Of a DNA stretch of 64,000 nucleotides, positions 50,219 through 58,035 are shown piece after piece (the first letter of the stretch is position 1; every line of letters begins with the position of its first letter). The position numbers were made by a program, and so were the translations under genes. The notes beneath the pieces were generated by a model. The model saw nothing but the letters and a program-made list of their open reading frames with translations. It searched no databases and had not been told where the DNA came from. This DNA comes from Octopus sinensis (lineage: Eukaryota): contig NC_043014.1 in NCBI RefSeq assembly GCF_006345805.1, positions 40,052,001 to 40,116,000 on the forward strand. The letters run 5' to 3'.

Positions 50219-50756
50219 GTTTAAATATAGTGCGTGTGTTTTTATTGGCTAAACTGGCAAAATGACCATTCCGAAATATAACAATATATATATATATATA
50301 TATACCAGAGTAAGCACATAAATGTGAAACAAGGTGGAAAAAAGAGTACTCAAATACTGTTACTGTATTTATTTTGAGATGCTCTGTGTTTTTTCCAATT
50401 ACTTTAAATGTAACAAAGAATTTAATAAAATAAGTTAGTTATCATTCAGCTAGTGTTAGGAACATAAATTGTGACTAAGGTTTATTGAAAGATTTTAATT
50501 CAAAACTTATGAAAACAAGGCAATTTGTACTCAGAGCCAGAGCCGGTTTCAGCCAGGTTCTTTCTTTTTCTTTTTTTTTTTCTTTTTACTTGTTTCAGTC
50601 ATGCTGGAGCACCACCTTTAACAAAAGGTTGGTAACAAAAGGGTTAAACATTTTTTGATTTATTCAATCTTCTTTATTCTATCTCCTTTACAGATTCTTC
50701 TCACTCTTGACGATGATCTCCAACTAATTCGAAGGGATCGTATTCCTGTTTTTTGA
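1283..50756 (+). CDS. SIDT1: SID-1 transmembrane family protein gene (SIDT1/2-like), 23 exons in window, 5'-incomplete
   Basis: Exons: 1283-1404, 1533-1694, 3382-3526, 6126-6209, 7132-7282, 11069-11162, 13426-13469, 14702-14764, 23117-23173, 24239-24381, 26321-26394, 28617-28683, 30599-30747, 35056-35104, 37090-37207, 38678-38814, 41295-41397, 42195-42268, 44876-44922, 46126-46231, 47255-47365, 49957-50070, 50694-50756. All AG/GT bounded with compatible phases. Translation has SIDT hallmarks: [73 protein letters not shown] and C-terminal [16 protein letters not shown]. Symbol denotes the family; SIDT1 vs SIDT2 cannot be distinguished for an invertebrate gene. Confidence 0.96.
1533..1694 (+). 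CDS. SIDT1: SIDT exon w2
   Basis: ttttgcag|A...CTAAA|gtaagt; [53 protein letters not shown]. Confidence 0.93.
1906..2338 (-). mobile_element. CR1-clade LINE 3' fragment with (TAAC)n tail
   Basis: Same family as 11750-12390; (ttag)n at 1908-1947; minus-strand RRRRGDLIL and [10 protein letters not shown] motifs. Confidence 0.9.
2563..3250. mobile_element. TTAA-flanked piggyBac-type MITE interrupted by SINE-A (about 2687-3148)
   Basis: ttaa|CCTTTTAG start; homologous to intact copies at 33589-33809 and 25852-26070. Confidence 0.8.
2687..3148 (+). mobile_element. SINE family A, tRNA-derived (representative copy)
   Basis: Head GGCGCAGGAGTGGCTGTGTGGTAAG...GGGTTCAGTCCC (A/B boxes), central (TA)n(TG)n, (GTAAAAGA)n tail. 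Other copies: +4700-5125, +7427-7886, +8227-8654, +8996-9410, +12773-13165, +13933-14392, +21625-22170, +26510-26825, +28803-29200, -36461-36865, -37218-37655, +45000-45372, -45383-45630, -47380-47808, -62175-62570. Confidence 0.93.
3382..3526 (+). CDS. SIDT1: SIDT exon w3
   Basis: ttttatag|G...AAG|gtatgt; [48 protein letters not shown]. Confidence 0.93.
6126..6209 (+). CDS. SIDT1: SIDT exon w4
   Basis: tttgtag|TGT...CAG|gtaaga; [28 protein letters not shown]. Confidence 0.95.
6341..6825 (+). mobile_element. pogo/Tc2-like DNA transposon left end nested in a CORE-SINE
   Basis: TA-CCATAAATCCTCGAGTATAGTCCAC terminus; splits a SINE whose halves (6225-6340, 6826-6920) are contiguous in other copies; right end missing. 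Confidence 0.6.
7132..7282 (+). CDS. SIDT1: SIDT exon w5
   Basis: tattgcag|AAA...TCAG|gtaaga; [50 protein letters not shown]. Confidence 0.9.
7670..9210 (+). repeat. Tandem duplication, period 768-769 bp
   Basis: Identical ORFs at 7697/8465 and 7912/8680; units differ only by 1-nt indels. Confidence 0.95.
7889..8218. mobile_element. Foldback MITE with about 110-bp imperfect inverted arms (second copy 8657-8987)
   Basis: tataaaaattcctttttcagatattgctagaaattaatggag... is the inverse of ...ctcctttaattcctagcaatatctgaagaaggtatttttata. Confidence 0.8.
9600..9860. mobile_element. Dispersed repeat with internal 56-bp inverted arms; second copy (about 1790-1905 plus 2339-2385) split by the CR1
   Basis: 9660-9717 is the inverse of 9796-9851; shared segment ggttgcgagacgcaacgaaaattttagg...ccggtgag. 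Confidence 0.7.
10194..10884 (+). mobile_element. Mariner-derived foldback element
   Basis: TA-flanked; arms 10194-10440 and 10641-10884 are inverted copies of the 5' end; spacer encodes [24 protein letters not shown]. Confidence 0.92.
11069..11162 (+). CDS. SIDT1: SIDT exon w6 (TM1)
   Basis: tttttag|TT...TG|gtaaga; [30 protein letters not shown]. Confidence 0.92.
11750..12390 (-). mobile_element. CR1-clade LINE ORF2 3' fragment
   Basis: ORF 11827-12375: [54 protein letters not shown]. Confidence 0.93.
13426..13469 (+). CDS. SIDT1: SIDT exon w7 (cytosolic loop)
   Basis: Long pyrimidine tract tgcag|T...GAG|gtattt; [14 protein letters not shown]; phases fit neighbours. Confidence 0.8.
14702..14764 (+). 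CDS. SIDT1: SIDT exon w8 (cytosolic loop, symmetric, possibly alternative)
   Basis: cctctcccag|AG...GTG|gtaact; [20 protein letters not shown]; 63 nt, phase 1-1; no family motif, supported only by splice signals, frame and composition. Confidence 0.6.
14973..15461. mobile_element. Asymmetric palindromic repeat family P (other copies 22730-23075, 34722-35027, half copy 44652-44800)
   Basis: Unique terminus CAGAGATGTACTCGCATAGCAAGTGAC plus 125-150-bp inverted arms. Confidence 0.85.
15820..16150 (-). mobile_element. Repeat family C, SINE-like with (GAT)n tail (representative copy)
   Basis: 3' end ...CCCATGCTAGCATGGAAAGCGGACGTTAAACGATGATG. Other copies -20573-20830, -25345-25565, +31780-32210, -42613-43120, +46545-46960, -56690-56925, -60262-60625. 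Confidence 0.85.
16441..16671 (+). mobile_element. SINE family B-long (representative copy) with TSD tataccatccttcctcct
   Basis: Head GGCGAGCTGGCAGAAACGTTAGC, core GAGTTCAAATTCCGCCGAGGTCGACTTTGCCTTTCATCC, 3' AAAGAAATA. Other copies 18800-19008, 27831-28295, 39017-39609, -40009-40427, -41680-41890, 48070-48300, -63110-63341; short-tail relatives near 5925, 13730, 14400, 22395, 33280, 55510-56180, 62950, 63400. Confidence 0.88.
18424..18642. mobile_element. piggyBac-type TTAA MITE family 1, about 220 bp (also 20822-21041, 49530-49750, partial 50357-50643)
   Basis: TTAA|CCCTTTCGTTAC...GTAACGAAAGGG|TTAA. Confidence 0.9.
19395..19560 (-). mobile_element. Decayed RTE-clade LINE endonuclease fragment
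   Basis: [41 protein letters not shown] resembles the APE motif FNGHVG..GYG..N.EG..L.EF....L.I.NT.F. Confidence 0.7.
19631..19763. mobile_element. Small GC-rich MITE-like element with about 20-bp TIRs
   Basis: ccttcgaacaggtggtcagc ... gctgaccacccctgttcgaagg. Confidence 0.65.
23117..23173 (+). CDS. SIDT1: SIDT exon w9 (cytosolic loop, YGSI motif)
   Basis: ttttcag|CA...ACG|gtaagt; [18 protein letters not shown]. Confidence 0.8.
23310..23705. repeat. Intronic element carrying interstitial (TTAGGG)n
   Basis: ttaggg ttaggg ttag ttaggg ttaggg ttagggg at about 23371-23406. Confidence 0.6.
23899..24150 (+). mobile_element. CORE-type tRNA SINE (family D)
   Basis: tRNA-like head TGGCTTAGTGGTTAG...GGTTTCGATTCC, CORE-like TGTGTTCTTGAGCAAAACACTT..CTCAGCTGGCAAAAATGAG, then GCGATGGACTGG tail; relatives at -11380-11620, 12500-13220, 17421-17715, -24478-25042, 35700-35900, 43265-43410, -59014-59300. 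Confidence 0.85.
24239..24381 (+). CDS. SIDT1: SIDT exon w10
   Basis: ttttacag|AC...AAG|gtgatg; [47 protein letters not shown]. Confidence 0.93.
24533..24785 (-). mobile_element. 5'-truncated RTE-type LINE inserted in a SINE, 7-bp TSD
   Basis: TSD tttcctt at 24526-24532 and 24786-24792; (TGA)n tail; same family as 29549-30012. Confidence 0.92.
26321..26394 (+). CDS. SIDT1: SIDT exon w11
   Basis: aatttcag|ACA...TG|gtaaga; [24 protein letters not shown]. Confidence 0.95.
26919..27483 (-). mobile_element. Internally deleted non-autonomous mariner, about 565 bp
   Basis: TA|TTGGGTTGTC.GGAAAGTTC..GCCGATTT TIRs; transposase N-terminus fused out of frame to the C-terminal [10 protein letters not shown] region. 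Confidence 0.92.
28310..28560 (+). mobile_element. Decayed RTE/Expander-like LINE 3' end with (GGAT)n tail
   Basis: [33 protein letters not shown] resembles GRPRTRW..I..LAW..LGI. Confidence 0.7.
28617..28683 (+). CDS. SIDT1: SIDT exon w12 (TM2)
   Basis: tttcag|G...AAA|gtatgt; [22 protein letters not shown]. Confidence 0.96.
29549..30012 (+). mobile_element. 5'-truncated RTE-type LINE inserted in reverse SINE-A, 12-bp TSD
   Basis: [19 protein letters not shown]...RRVQFAGHC...DREIWR; TSD gggactgaacct at 29537-29548 and 30013-30024. Confidence 0.94.
30599..30747 (+). CDS. SIDT1: SIDT exon w13
   Basis: gatttag|GTT...CAG|gtaagt; [49 protein letters not shown]. Confidence 0.97.
30851..31290. repeat. 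Complex (CAT)n microsatellite, about 440 bp
   Basis: ATC triplets with recurrent GTC/ATT/CAC variants; source of the poly-S/H/D/M ORFs. Confidence 0.97.
33589..33809. mobile_element. piggyBac-type TTAA MITE family 2, about 220 bp (also 25852-26070, 31476-31690)
   Basis: TTAA|CCCTTTAGCATT...CTAAAGGG|TTAA. Confidence 0.88.
35056..35104 (+). CDS. SIDT1: SIDT exon w14
   Basis: tttacag|G...GAG|gtaaca; [16 protein letters not shown]. Confidence 0.88.
35290..35670 (+). mobile_element. CR1/L2-group LINE 3' end with (ATT)n tail (inverted copy 63675-64000)
   Basis: [31 protein letters not shown]; 63675-64000 is its reverse complement. Confidence 0.88.
37090..37207 (+). CDS. SIDT1: SIDT exon w15 (SACYH Zn-site motif)
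   Basis: gttgcag|TTG...TTG|gtaggt; [39 protein letters not shown]. Confidence 0.98.
38090..38489 (+). mobile_element. Non-autonomous Helitron, 400 bp
   Basis: A|TC 5' end, (GTCT)n, 3' hairpin CCCGG-gcaacg-CCGGG at 38462-38477, CTAG|T 3' end; inserted between A and T with no TSD. Confidence 0.88.
38543..38632 (+). pseudogene. Decayed partial tandem duplicate of SIDT exon w16 with its acceptor
   Basis: agctcattttt..aaaaca..tattttcag|ATACATCTTTTATG..GCCTTTCTGTGTATGTT..CTCTATCAGACT..TCAT repeats 99 nt later as the real exon; the copy has a 10-nt deletion and an in-frame TGA. Confidence 0.85.
38678..38814 (+). CDS. SIDT1: SIDT exon w16
   Basis: ttttcag|AT...GTG|gtaagt; [45 protein letters not shown]. 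Confidence 0.97.
40764..40800 (-). ncRNA. Minimal hammerhead-like motif in a Penelope-like terminal repeat remnant
   Basis: Minus strand UUU CUGUAGA A GAGC-GUAG-GCUC GAAA CG UA AAA; A6 is U. Confidence 0.45.
41295..41397 (+). CDS. SIDT1: SIDT exon w17
   Basis: gttttag|GTT...TTG|gtaagc; [34 protein letters not shown]. Confidence 0.97.
42195..42268 (+). CDS. SIDT1: SIDT exon w18
   Basis: ttttacag|AT...AAG|gtaaag; [24 protein letters not shown]. Confidence 0.94.
43737..44640 (+). repeat. 54-bp minisatellite, 15 full units plus 27-bp half units
   Basis: Unit ttagttatggaagatcagacaaaa(g/a)ggccccagatttttgcaattcataaagga. Confidence 0.97.
44876..44922 (+). CDS. SIDT1: SIDT exon w19
   Basis: cttgtag|GAT...TT|gtaagt; [15 protein letters not shown]. 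Confidence 0.94.
45800..45955. repeat. AT-only 48-bp tandem repeat, about 3 copies
   Basis: aattataataacatataaatataataaaaattatattataataaatat. Confidence 0.85.
46126..46231 (+). CDS. SIDT1: SIDT exon w20
   Basis: tttctag|T...AAG|gtaggt; [35 protein letters not shown]. Confidence 0.97.
47255..47365 (+). CDS. SIDT1: SIDT exon w21
   Basis: atttcag|CTT...CAG|gtaaat; [37 protein letters not shown]. Confidence 0.96.
49077..49868 (-). mobile_element. Internally deleted mariner with nested piggyBac-type MITE (49530-49750)
   Basis: ORFs [14 protein letters not shown] and [31 protein letters not shown]...[15 protein letters not shown]; TTAA duplicated around the insert. Confidence 0.94.
49957..50070 (+). 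CDS. SIDT1: SIDT exon w22 (HDIWH Zn-site motif)
   Basis: cttgcag|TTA...ATG|gtaagt; [38 protein letters not shown]. Confidence 0.98.
50694..50756 (+). CDS. SIDT1: SIDT terminal coding exon w23
   Basis: tttacag|ATT...TGA; [20 protein letters not shown]. Confidence 0.98.
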   Translation: MLLTLDDDLQLIRRDRIPVF

Positions 50757-51210
50757 CGCAGTTTCCCCAAAGGATTTTTGGTTTTTTTACCCTGTCTTGG
50801 TCCTAGACATTCCCAGTCGCAAATGAAGTAAGATTTGGCACCGTTAATTGTGTGATTGTTTATTTTATCATCTGTGATATTCCTTCAAAAATTCAATGAA
50901 ATAAATATCTCACTACCACAGGTCTGAGAGTAAATCTCAACCATGCTATCAACCAGGAAGATTTTATACATGTTTTTCAAGAACAAAAAAAAACAAAAAC
51001 CAGTGAACTGTCAAATGGCCAAATTAAGACTACAAAAATTTATTTCCTCACTAAAATGTTTTACTTCCAACCGTTTTCTTTTCCTTAAGATTTTTATCAG
51101 TTTTATATTCAAAATATATTTTATACAACTGTGTTTGGTATTGTTCTTCTGTTGGTTCAAAACCATTTTGTTCTGGCCATGCTGGAGCTTCCACACATAT
51201 ATATAAATAA

Positions 51211-51255
<45 letters not shown>

Positions 51256-51312
51256 TAAATATATAAAAATATAAATATATATATATATAAATATATAAAA
51301 ATATAATATATA

Positions 51313-51363
<51 letters not shown>

Positions 51364-52760
51364 GTCTCTCTTCTGTGTCTCATTCTCTCTCTCACTTTAG
51401 CTCTCAATTCACTTCTCTCAATCTCTTTATTTGTTGTCAGTCTATCTGCCTGTTTCACTGACATAAAAAATGTTTAAATCACTCCAATTGTAATATCTCA
51501 TTAGCTACATAATACTCTCAACACATCCTTGGTGCATTCATTTATTCCGATTCTGGTTTTAGTCACCGGACTACAACCCTGCTGGGACACCCTGCACTTC
51601 AAAGACTTTTGCTGATTATATCACCCCCCATTACATAGCTCAGTCCCTGACTTATTTTATTAATCTATATTTTACTTGAGTGGTGATTAAGTTGTACCTT
51701 ATTTTTACATCACATCGTTTATTTTTAATCTTTTTTTTCCTCCCGCTCCGCTGATTTTGTATGAAGCACAAATTCAAACTCACACATACACATATGGATG
51801 CAAATACAGACACACGCATAAAACGGGCTTCTGCACAGTTTTTGCCTACAAAATTCCACGCAGAAGCTATTGGTCACCTCAAAGCTTATATTTGAAGATG
51901 CTTACCCATGTTTAAGGTGGCATGCAGTGGTACTGACTCTGAGACCGTATGGTTGCAAAGCAAACTTCTTAAGCACATATCTATGCTTTGCACCTTGTGT
52001 ACAATCAATATATTCTTGTATTTAATTTTTAAGATTAATATTAGCATTATAGATTAAGGAAAAAATGTTGTTTTTCTTTTCATAGAAACATTTGTTGTTA
52101 ATTCAGAACAAAGTCATATAAAATGAATGATAATATTTTTATTTTCATTTCAAATATTAAGTAATTACAAATACATTCTAGTAAGATGAAGTTATTTTTT
52201 TTTCCGTATGACTTTTTGCCTATATATAGAGTAATAATAATACAATATAGAATAAAGATTAAAAAAAAAAAATGAATGAATTTTAATTTGTGTATGATTG
52301 TACTGTTACCCAGTTATAATTTGAAATAAAATTTAACTTTTTTTATAGATTAGTTAATTGGTTAATAATTCTTCTGTGAAGTTAGGGATTTTCATATAAA
52401 ATACCAAATTTTAAACTCCATCAAAATGTTTAAAAAAATTTTTGATTTTATTATTCTTTCTTGTGCAACTGCTGTGGGAAATTTTTCATTCTATGATAAC
52501 CTAGTGTAGAACTCAATATACATAGGCTTTAGAATGAAGCATTAGTGCAGTACAGAGCAGTAATAAGAAAATGAGGGGGATAAAGGAATAAACAATTAGC
52601 TTATGAACTTCATTAGCCTACAGTTGTTTCTGCTATACGATGCAGTCCCTGAGTTACAGCTTCATCAGAGCCTTGCAATTTATTTGGCAAAAGAATTATA
52701 TTTATGCATACTGCTAATGCTTTTCCCTATATATATGTATGTACATATATATATATATAT

Positions 52761-52928
52761 ACATAATTAAGGGATTAGCAAAAAGCTGCCTCACCACATA
52801 CCGAAAATTTAGAAATAGCAATCAAAACTACTAATTCTTCTACTACAATAAGAATTTGTAGTTTTGACTGCTATTTCTAAATTTTCAGTATGTGGTGAAG
52901 CAACATTTTGCTAATCCCTTAATTATGT
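52761..52928. repeat. Hairpin element, about 79-bp arms and 10-nt loop
   Basis: acataattaagggattagcaaaa...aattctt / aagaattt...ttttgctaatcccttaattatgt; about 6 mismatches. Confidence 0.9.
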
Positions 52929-53045
52929 TTATAATTATAAAAAAAAACTTTTTGTATAAGTTTTTACCGATAATGGTTTTTTCCCATACCGAAGTTACTT
53001 GGTAAAATTTATTAATTATTAAATTAATAATTCTTTACCCTATAT

Positions 53046-53085
<40 letters not shown>

Positions 53086-53339
53086 CACACACCACAACAA
53101 CACACACACACACACACACACACACACCACATACACACATACATACATACATATATATAAGTAAAATGTAATTCTTTTCCTAATAAATTACACACTTCAT
53201 ATTCGAGGCTCTGATGAAGCAATAAGGTGTTAGGCATTCAACTAGGAGTCCACTGCACCTTATAGTAGAAACAGCTGAAAGCTAATGAAGTTCTTAAGAT
53301 AATCGTTTATTCCCCTGTCCCCTCTCTCATTAGTATTCT

Positions 53340-53341
53340 AT

Positions 53342-53384
<43 letters not shown>

Positions 53385-53465
53385 TATATAGATATAATAT
53401 AATATATATATTAGATATATATATATATATATATATAGATATATATATATATATATATATATATG

Positions 53466-53496
<31 letters not shown>

Positions 53497-53515
53497 ATAT
53501 AAATATATAATATAT

Positions 53516-53564
<49 letters not shown>

Positions 53565-53605
53565 TATATATATATAGATATATATATATATATATATATA
53601 ATATA

Positions 53606-53640
<35 letters not shown>

Positions 53641-53715
53641 GATATATAATATATATATTATATAGATATATATATCTATATATATATATATATATATATA
53701 GATATATATATATAG

Positions 53716-53753
<38 letters not shown>

Positions 53754-53773
53754 ATAATATATATAATATATAT

Positions 53774-53827
<54 letters not shown>

Positions 53828-54340
53828 GAAAGTCTGTTTAATTATCAGTTCAGTACACTAAACACTTGGTTTCAAGCATTACATGAATATTATCCATTCA
53901 ATACATTTTAATACATTTCATTTAGATCCTGTCAGAACAACCTCAATAAGAGATTATATACCTTTTAAAATTACCTCATTTTTAAAAACTTTATATTTTT
54001 TGGGGAAAATATAGCTTTTATTGGATTTTTTTCATCCTTCCTATTTCAACCAGCCATATATGTATCCATTCTTCTATTTTTTTTTCTTTTTGTTGAAGCA
54101 TCTAACTTATGTCTTTAATTAATACTGATAAGAAGCATGCAAATGAACAAATGAAATGAATAATTGCTATAAATATCTTTGACATTTATACATACATGCA
54201 TAAATATACATACATATATATGTATATGTGTGTATGTATGTATTTATGTATGTATGTATATGCATGCATGTTTGTATATGTATATATATATGTGTGTATG
54301 TATATATATATGTATATATATGTGTATATATATATGTATG

Positions 54341-54371
<31 letters not shown>

Positions 54372-54599
54372 ATATGTCTGTATGTATATATATATATATG
54401 TATGTATATATATGTGTATATATATATATATGTATATATATGTAGTATGTATGTGTATATATATATATGTATGTATATATGTATATATATATGTATGTGT
54501 ATATATGTATGTATATATATGTATATATTTATGTATTATATATATATGTATGTATATATATATATGTATATGTATGTATGTATGTGTATGCATATATAC

Positions 54600-54657
<58 letters not shown>

Positions 54658-54665
54658 TCTATATA
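53340..54665. repeat. Very long (TA)n and (TA/TATG)n microsatellites
   Basis: (TA)n 53340-53822; mixed TA/TG 54180-54665; similar tracts at 56930-57150, 58915-59010, 59300-59710. Confidence 0.97.
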
Positions 54666-55189
54666 TCCTGTTATGTTAAGAAAATCAAGATTTTTTATAA
54701 GAGCTAAAACATTGATATGTATATACAAGAAAATTTTAATTCATCCTGCCATGTAAATTTTTTTTTTCTGGAAGCCATCTTACTTTGCCTATATTTTTCT
54801 ACCTAGTTAGAATTAAATGGAAAAAAAAAAATGGAAAAAAAAAGAACAAAAAAAAACTAAAAAAACTAAAAATAAAACCTCATGATAAGTGATTGGTGCC
54901 TGGGTTAACATTCTGCTATGAAAAATTAAACATACATTCTTCTAAAAACTAAAGCAAAAATTCAGCTAATGCCAGCATAGTAAACAAATGTGAAAAAAAA
55001 AAAAAAATTATTGCATTCATATCTATATATATATATTTGTTTTTAATTTTATAATAAATATATTTTGCTGATTACCTTCAATAAATTAATTTAATTTAAG
55101 AAGGAAAAATATCTTTTGTTAAATCAATATGTTTAAAGGTTTAAAGTTTTTTTTTTTGCTCATAGCATCTACAGGACTGGAAGATTTAA

Positions 55190-55210
55190 TATAATAATAA
55201 TAATAATGAT

Positions 55211-55261
<51 letters not shown>

Positions 55262-55436
55262 CATTTAATGTCCGCTTTCCATGCTAGCACGGGTTGGATG
55301 ATTTGACTGAGGCCTGGCGAACCAGATGGCTGCACCAGGCTCCAATCTGATGCAGCCATCTGGTTCGCCAGTCCTCAGTCAAATCATCCAACCATGCTAC
55401 CATGGAAAGTGGATGTTAAATTATTATTATTATTAT

Positions 55437-55469
<33 letters not shown>

Positions 55470-55508
55470 TAATAATAATATCATTATTATTATTATTATT
55501 ATTATTAT
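55190..55508. repeat. Foldback palindrome built from a family-C 3' end plus flanking microsatellite
   Basis: Arms 55264-55334 and 55351-55420; (AAT)n on the left, (TTA)n on the right. Confidence 0.92.
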
Positions 55509-56590
55509 GAAGATTCCACCGAGGTTTACTTTGCCTTTCATCCTGTCCGGGTCGATAAATTAAGTACCAGTGAAATACTGGGGTCGACGTAATCGACTTG
55601 TCCCTTCCCACCAAAATTTCAGGCTTTGTACCTTTAGTAGAAAGGATTCTTATTAATAAGGTGGCAAGCTGTCAGAATCGTTACCTTTACCAGAAATATT
55701 AGATTTCTCAACAAAGATCCAAATATTCTATATTGGATCAAGTACAGGTTCCCTTGGTCAACGGTGTCAACAGACATGCTAATGATTACCAGCATTTCAT
55801 TTGTCTTTACGTTCTGAGGTCAAATGCCATTGAGGTCAACTTTGCCTTTCATCCTTTTCAGAGGGGCGATAAAATAAGTACCAGTTGAATACTGGGGTTG
55901 ATGTAATCAACTGTCCCCTCCTCTGAATTTCAGGCCTTCTGCTTATAATATAAAGGATTATTAAGGGAGTGAGCTGGTAGAATCGTTAACATGCTGGACA
56001 ACAATACAGAGTGGCAGTTTACATGTCCAGCTTTACATTCTGAGTTCAAATCCTACCAGGGTAAACTTTGCCTTTCATTCTTTTGGGATTGATAAAACAA
56101 GCACCAGTTAAACACTGTGGTCGATGTAATTGGCTTACACCCTCTCCCAAACTTGCCGGCCCTGTGCCAAAATTTGAACCATCATTATGATTATTTTTAT
56201 TATTATTATTATTATTATCATTTTTTATCATCAGCAGCTTTATACAAGATCGAATGCATTAATTATTGCTTTGTATAGTTGGAATCTCAAATAACCTTGA
56301 ACCCTCAAAAAAAAAAATATATATTTTTTTTTTTAAATTTAAAGTCTTTGAAATATTTGCTTTTTGTTGCTATAAGACAATCACTTATATTAAGGGGCAG
56401 GTTATGTAAAAAAAACAGTTAGGTTTCAGTGAGCCAAGTCTGTGATCTGGTTTAAAATTCTTCTTAAAGTTACCACTGCCCTTTTCCAAGGGGCAGAAAT
56501 ATCATGTGTCTCTGTGTTCTCCTACCTTTATAAATAAAAGGGTTTTTGTCAACCAAGAAATCAATTAAATAACTTTGGCAGTTATTATGT

Positions 56591-56630
<40 letters not shown>

Positions 56631-56636
56631 ACATAA

Positions 56637-56676
<40 letters not shown>

Positions 56677-56922
56677 CATACACACATATCATCATCATCA
56701 TCATCGTTTAACGTCCGCTTTCCATGCTAGCATGGGTTGGACGATTTGGCTGAGGGCTGGTGAATCAGATGGCTACACCAGGCTCCAATCTTTATCTGGC
56801 AGAGTTTCTACAGCTGGATGCCCTTCCTAACACCAACCACTCTGAGAGTGTAGTGGGTGCTTTTTACGTGCCACCGGCACGGGGGCCAGTTAGGCGGTCC
56901 TGGCAACGACCTCGCTCGAATC

Positions 56923-56982
<60 letters not shown>

Positions 56983-57397
56983 CATATATATATATATCAT
57001 ATATATATTATATATAATATAATATATATATATAATTATAATATATATATATATACATACCTAATACATACTATATACATACACATATATATATATATAT
57101 ATATATATATGTGTATTTATGTATGTATGTATGTATATATATATATATATTCACACTCTGCCCTCCCCTGCCTCATCCTCTCTTCTTCCTAACCCTCCCT
57201 CACTGAAGTGCGTTCCCACCTGACATCTAATCTATTTCCCTCCTCACCACCACTTATTCTTTTATTTTTATTTGATGAAGGACTTGCATCCAAAACATCA
57301 ATTATCCAAGAATATTTTCCCTCTTTGGAAGCTTTAAACTAATACATTTATCAAAACTTGTCCCTCCCATGTTGTCTCCTGGTTCTGCTCATTGCCT

Positions 57398-57461
<64 letters not shown>

Positions 57462-57589
57462 CACATACACACACACACCTAGGTAGTGTATATATGTATA
57501 TTATATGTATATAATATGTATATATAAATATATTGTATATATATTGTGTAATTTGATTGATTGTGTTGATTGATATTGATTCCAGTTTC

Positions 57590-58035
57590 AGCTCATAGCT
57601 GTGGCCATGCTGGGCCCGCCATTTGTGTCGCTACTTGGTTTTTCACTTCATGGAGCTTTCTAGCAACTGCTATTTGGTGCATGAGAGAGTTCGATGCAGC
57701 TGCCCTCATCTGCCCCTCCTGCCGTGAAGTTGGTTCATCTGGACACCTGACAGGAAGAGATCCAGCTCCATTTAAAGACATCTGCATCCACCCCATGCAG
57801 TCTCTCAGGTTCATCGGGAGGATATTGAAGAGCTGTGGGCCTCGGAAGCCTAGGCTATCACAGAATCTTGTCCTACATCTTGATGGCAAGTTTGGAGTCC
57901 TAGGCACCACGCAGTGGCGCCCATTTCTGGGCGTTTGCGTAACTCTCGATGCCAAAGTTCAGGACGCTTCCTCCAGGATCTTCCAATGTATATTATGGCA
58001 TATCTTTCCCGCCTACGCTCCAGGGAATATAATTT
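57590..58035 (-). mobile_element. CR1-group LINE ORF2 3' fragment (third family)
   Basis: RRRERYAIIYIWKILE...NGRHCVVP...SLGFRGPQLFNILP.NLRD...PDEP...RAAASNSL. Confidence 0.85.

Noticed and set aside
50757-52330. Definite polyadenylation site
   Set aside because: Several AATAAA hexamers in very AT-rich DNA; cannot choose without 3'-end data.
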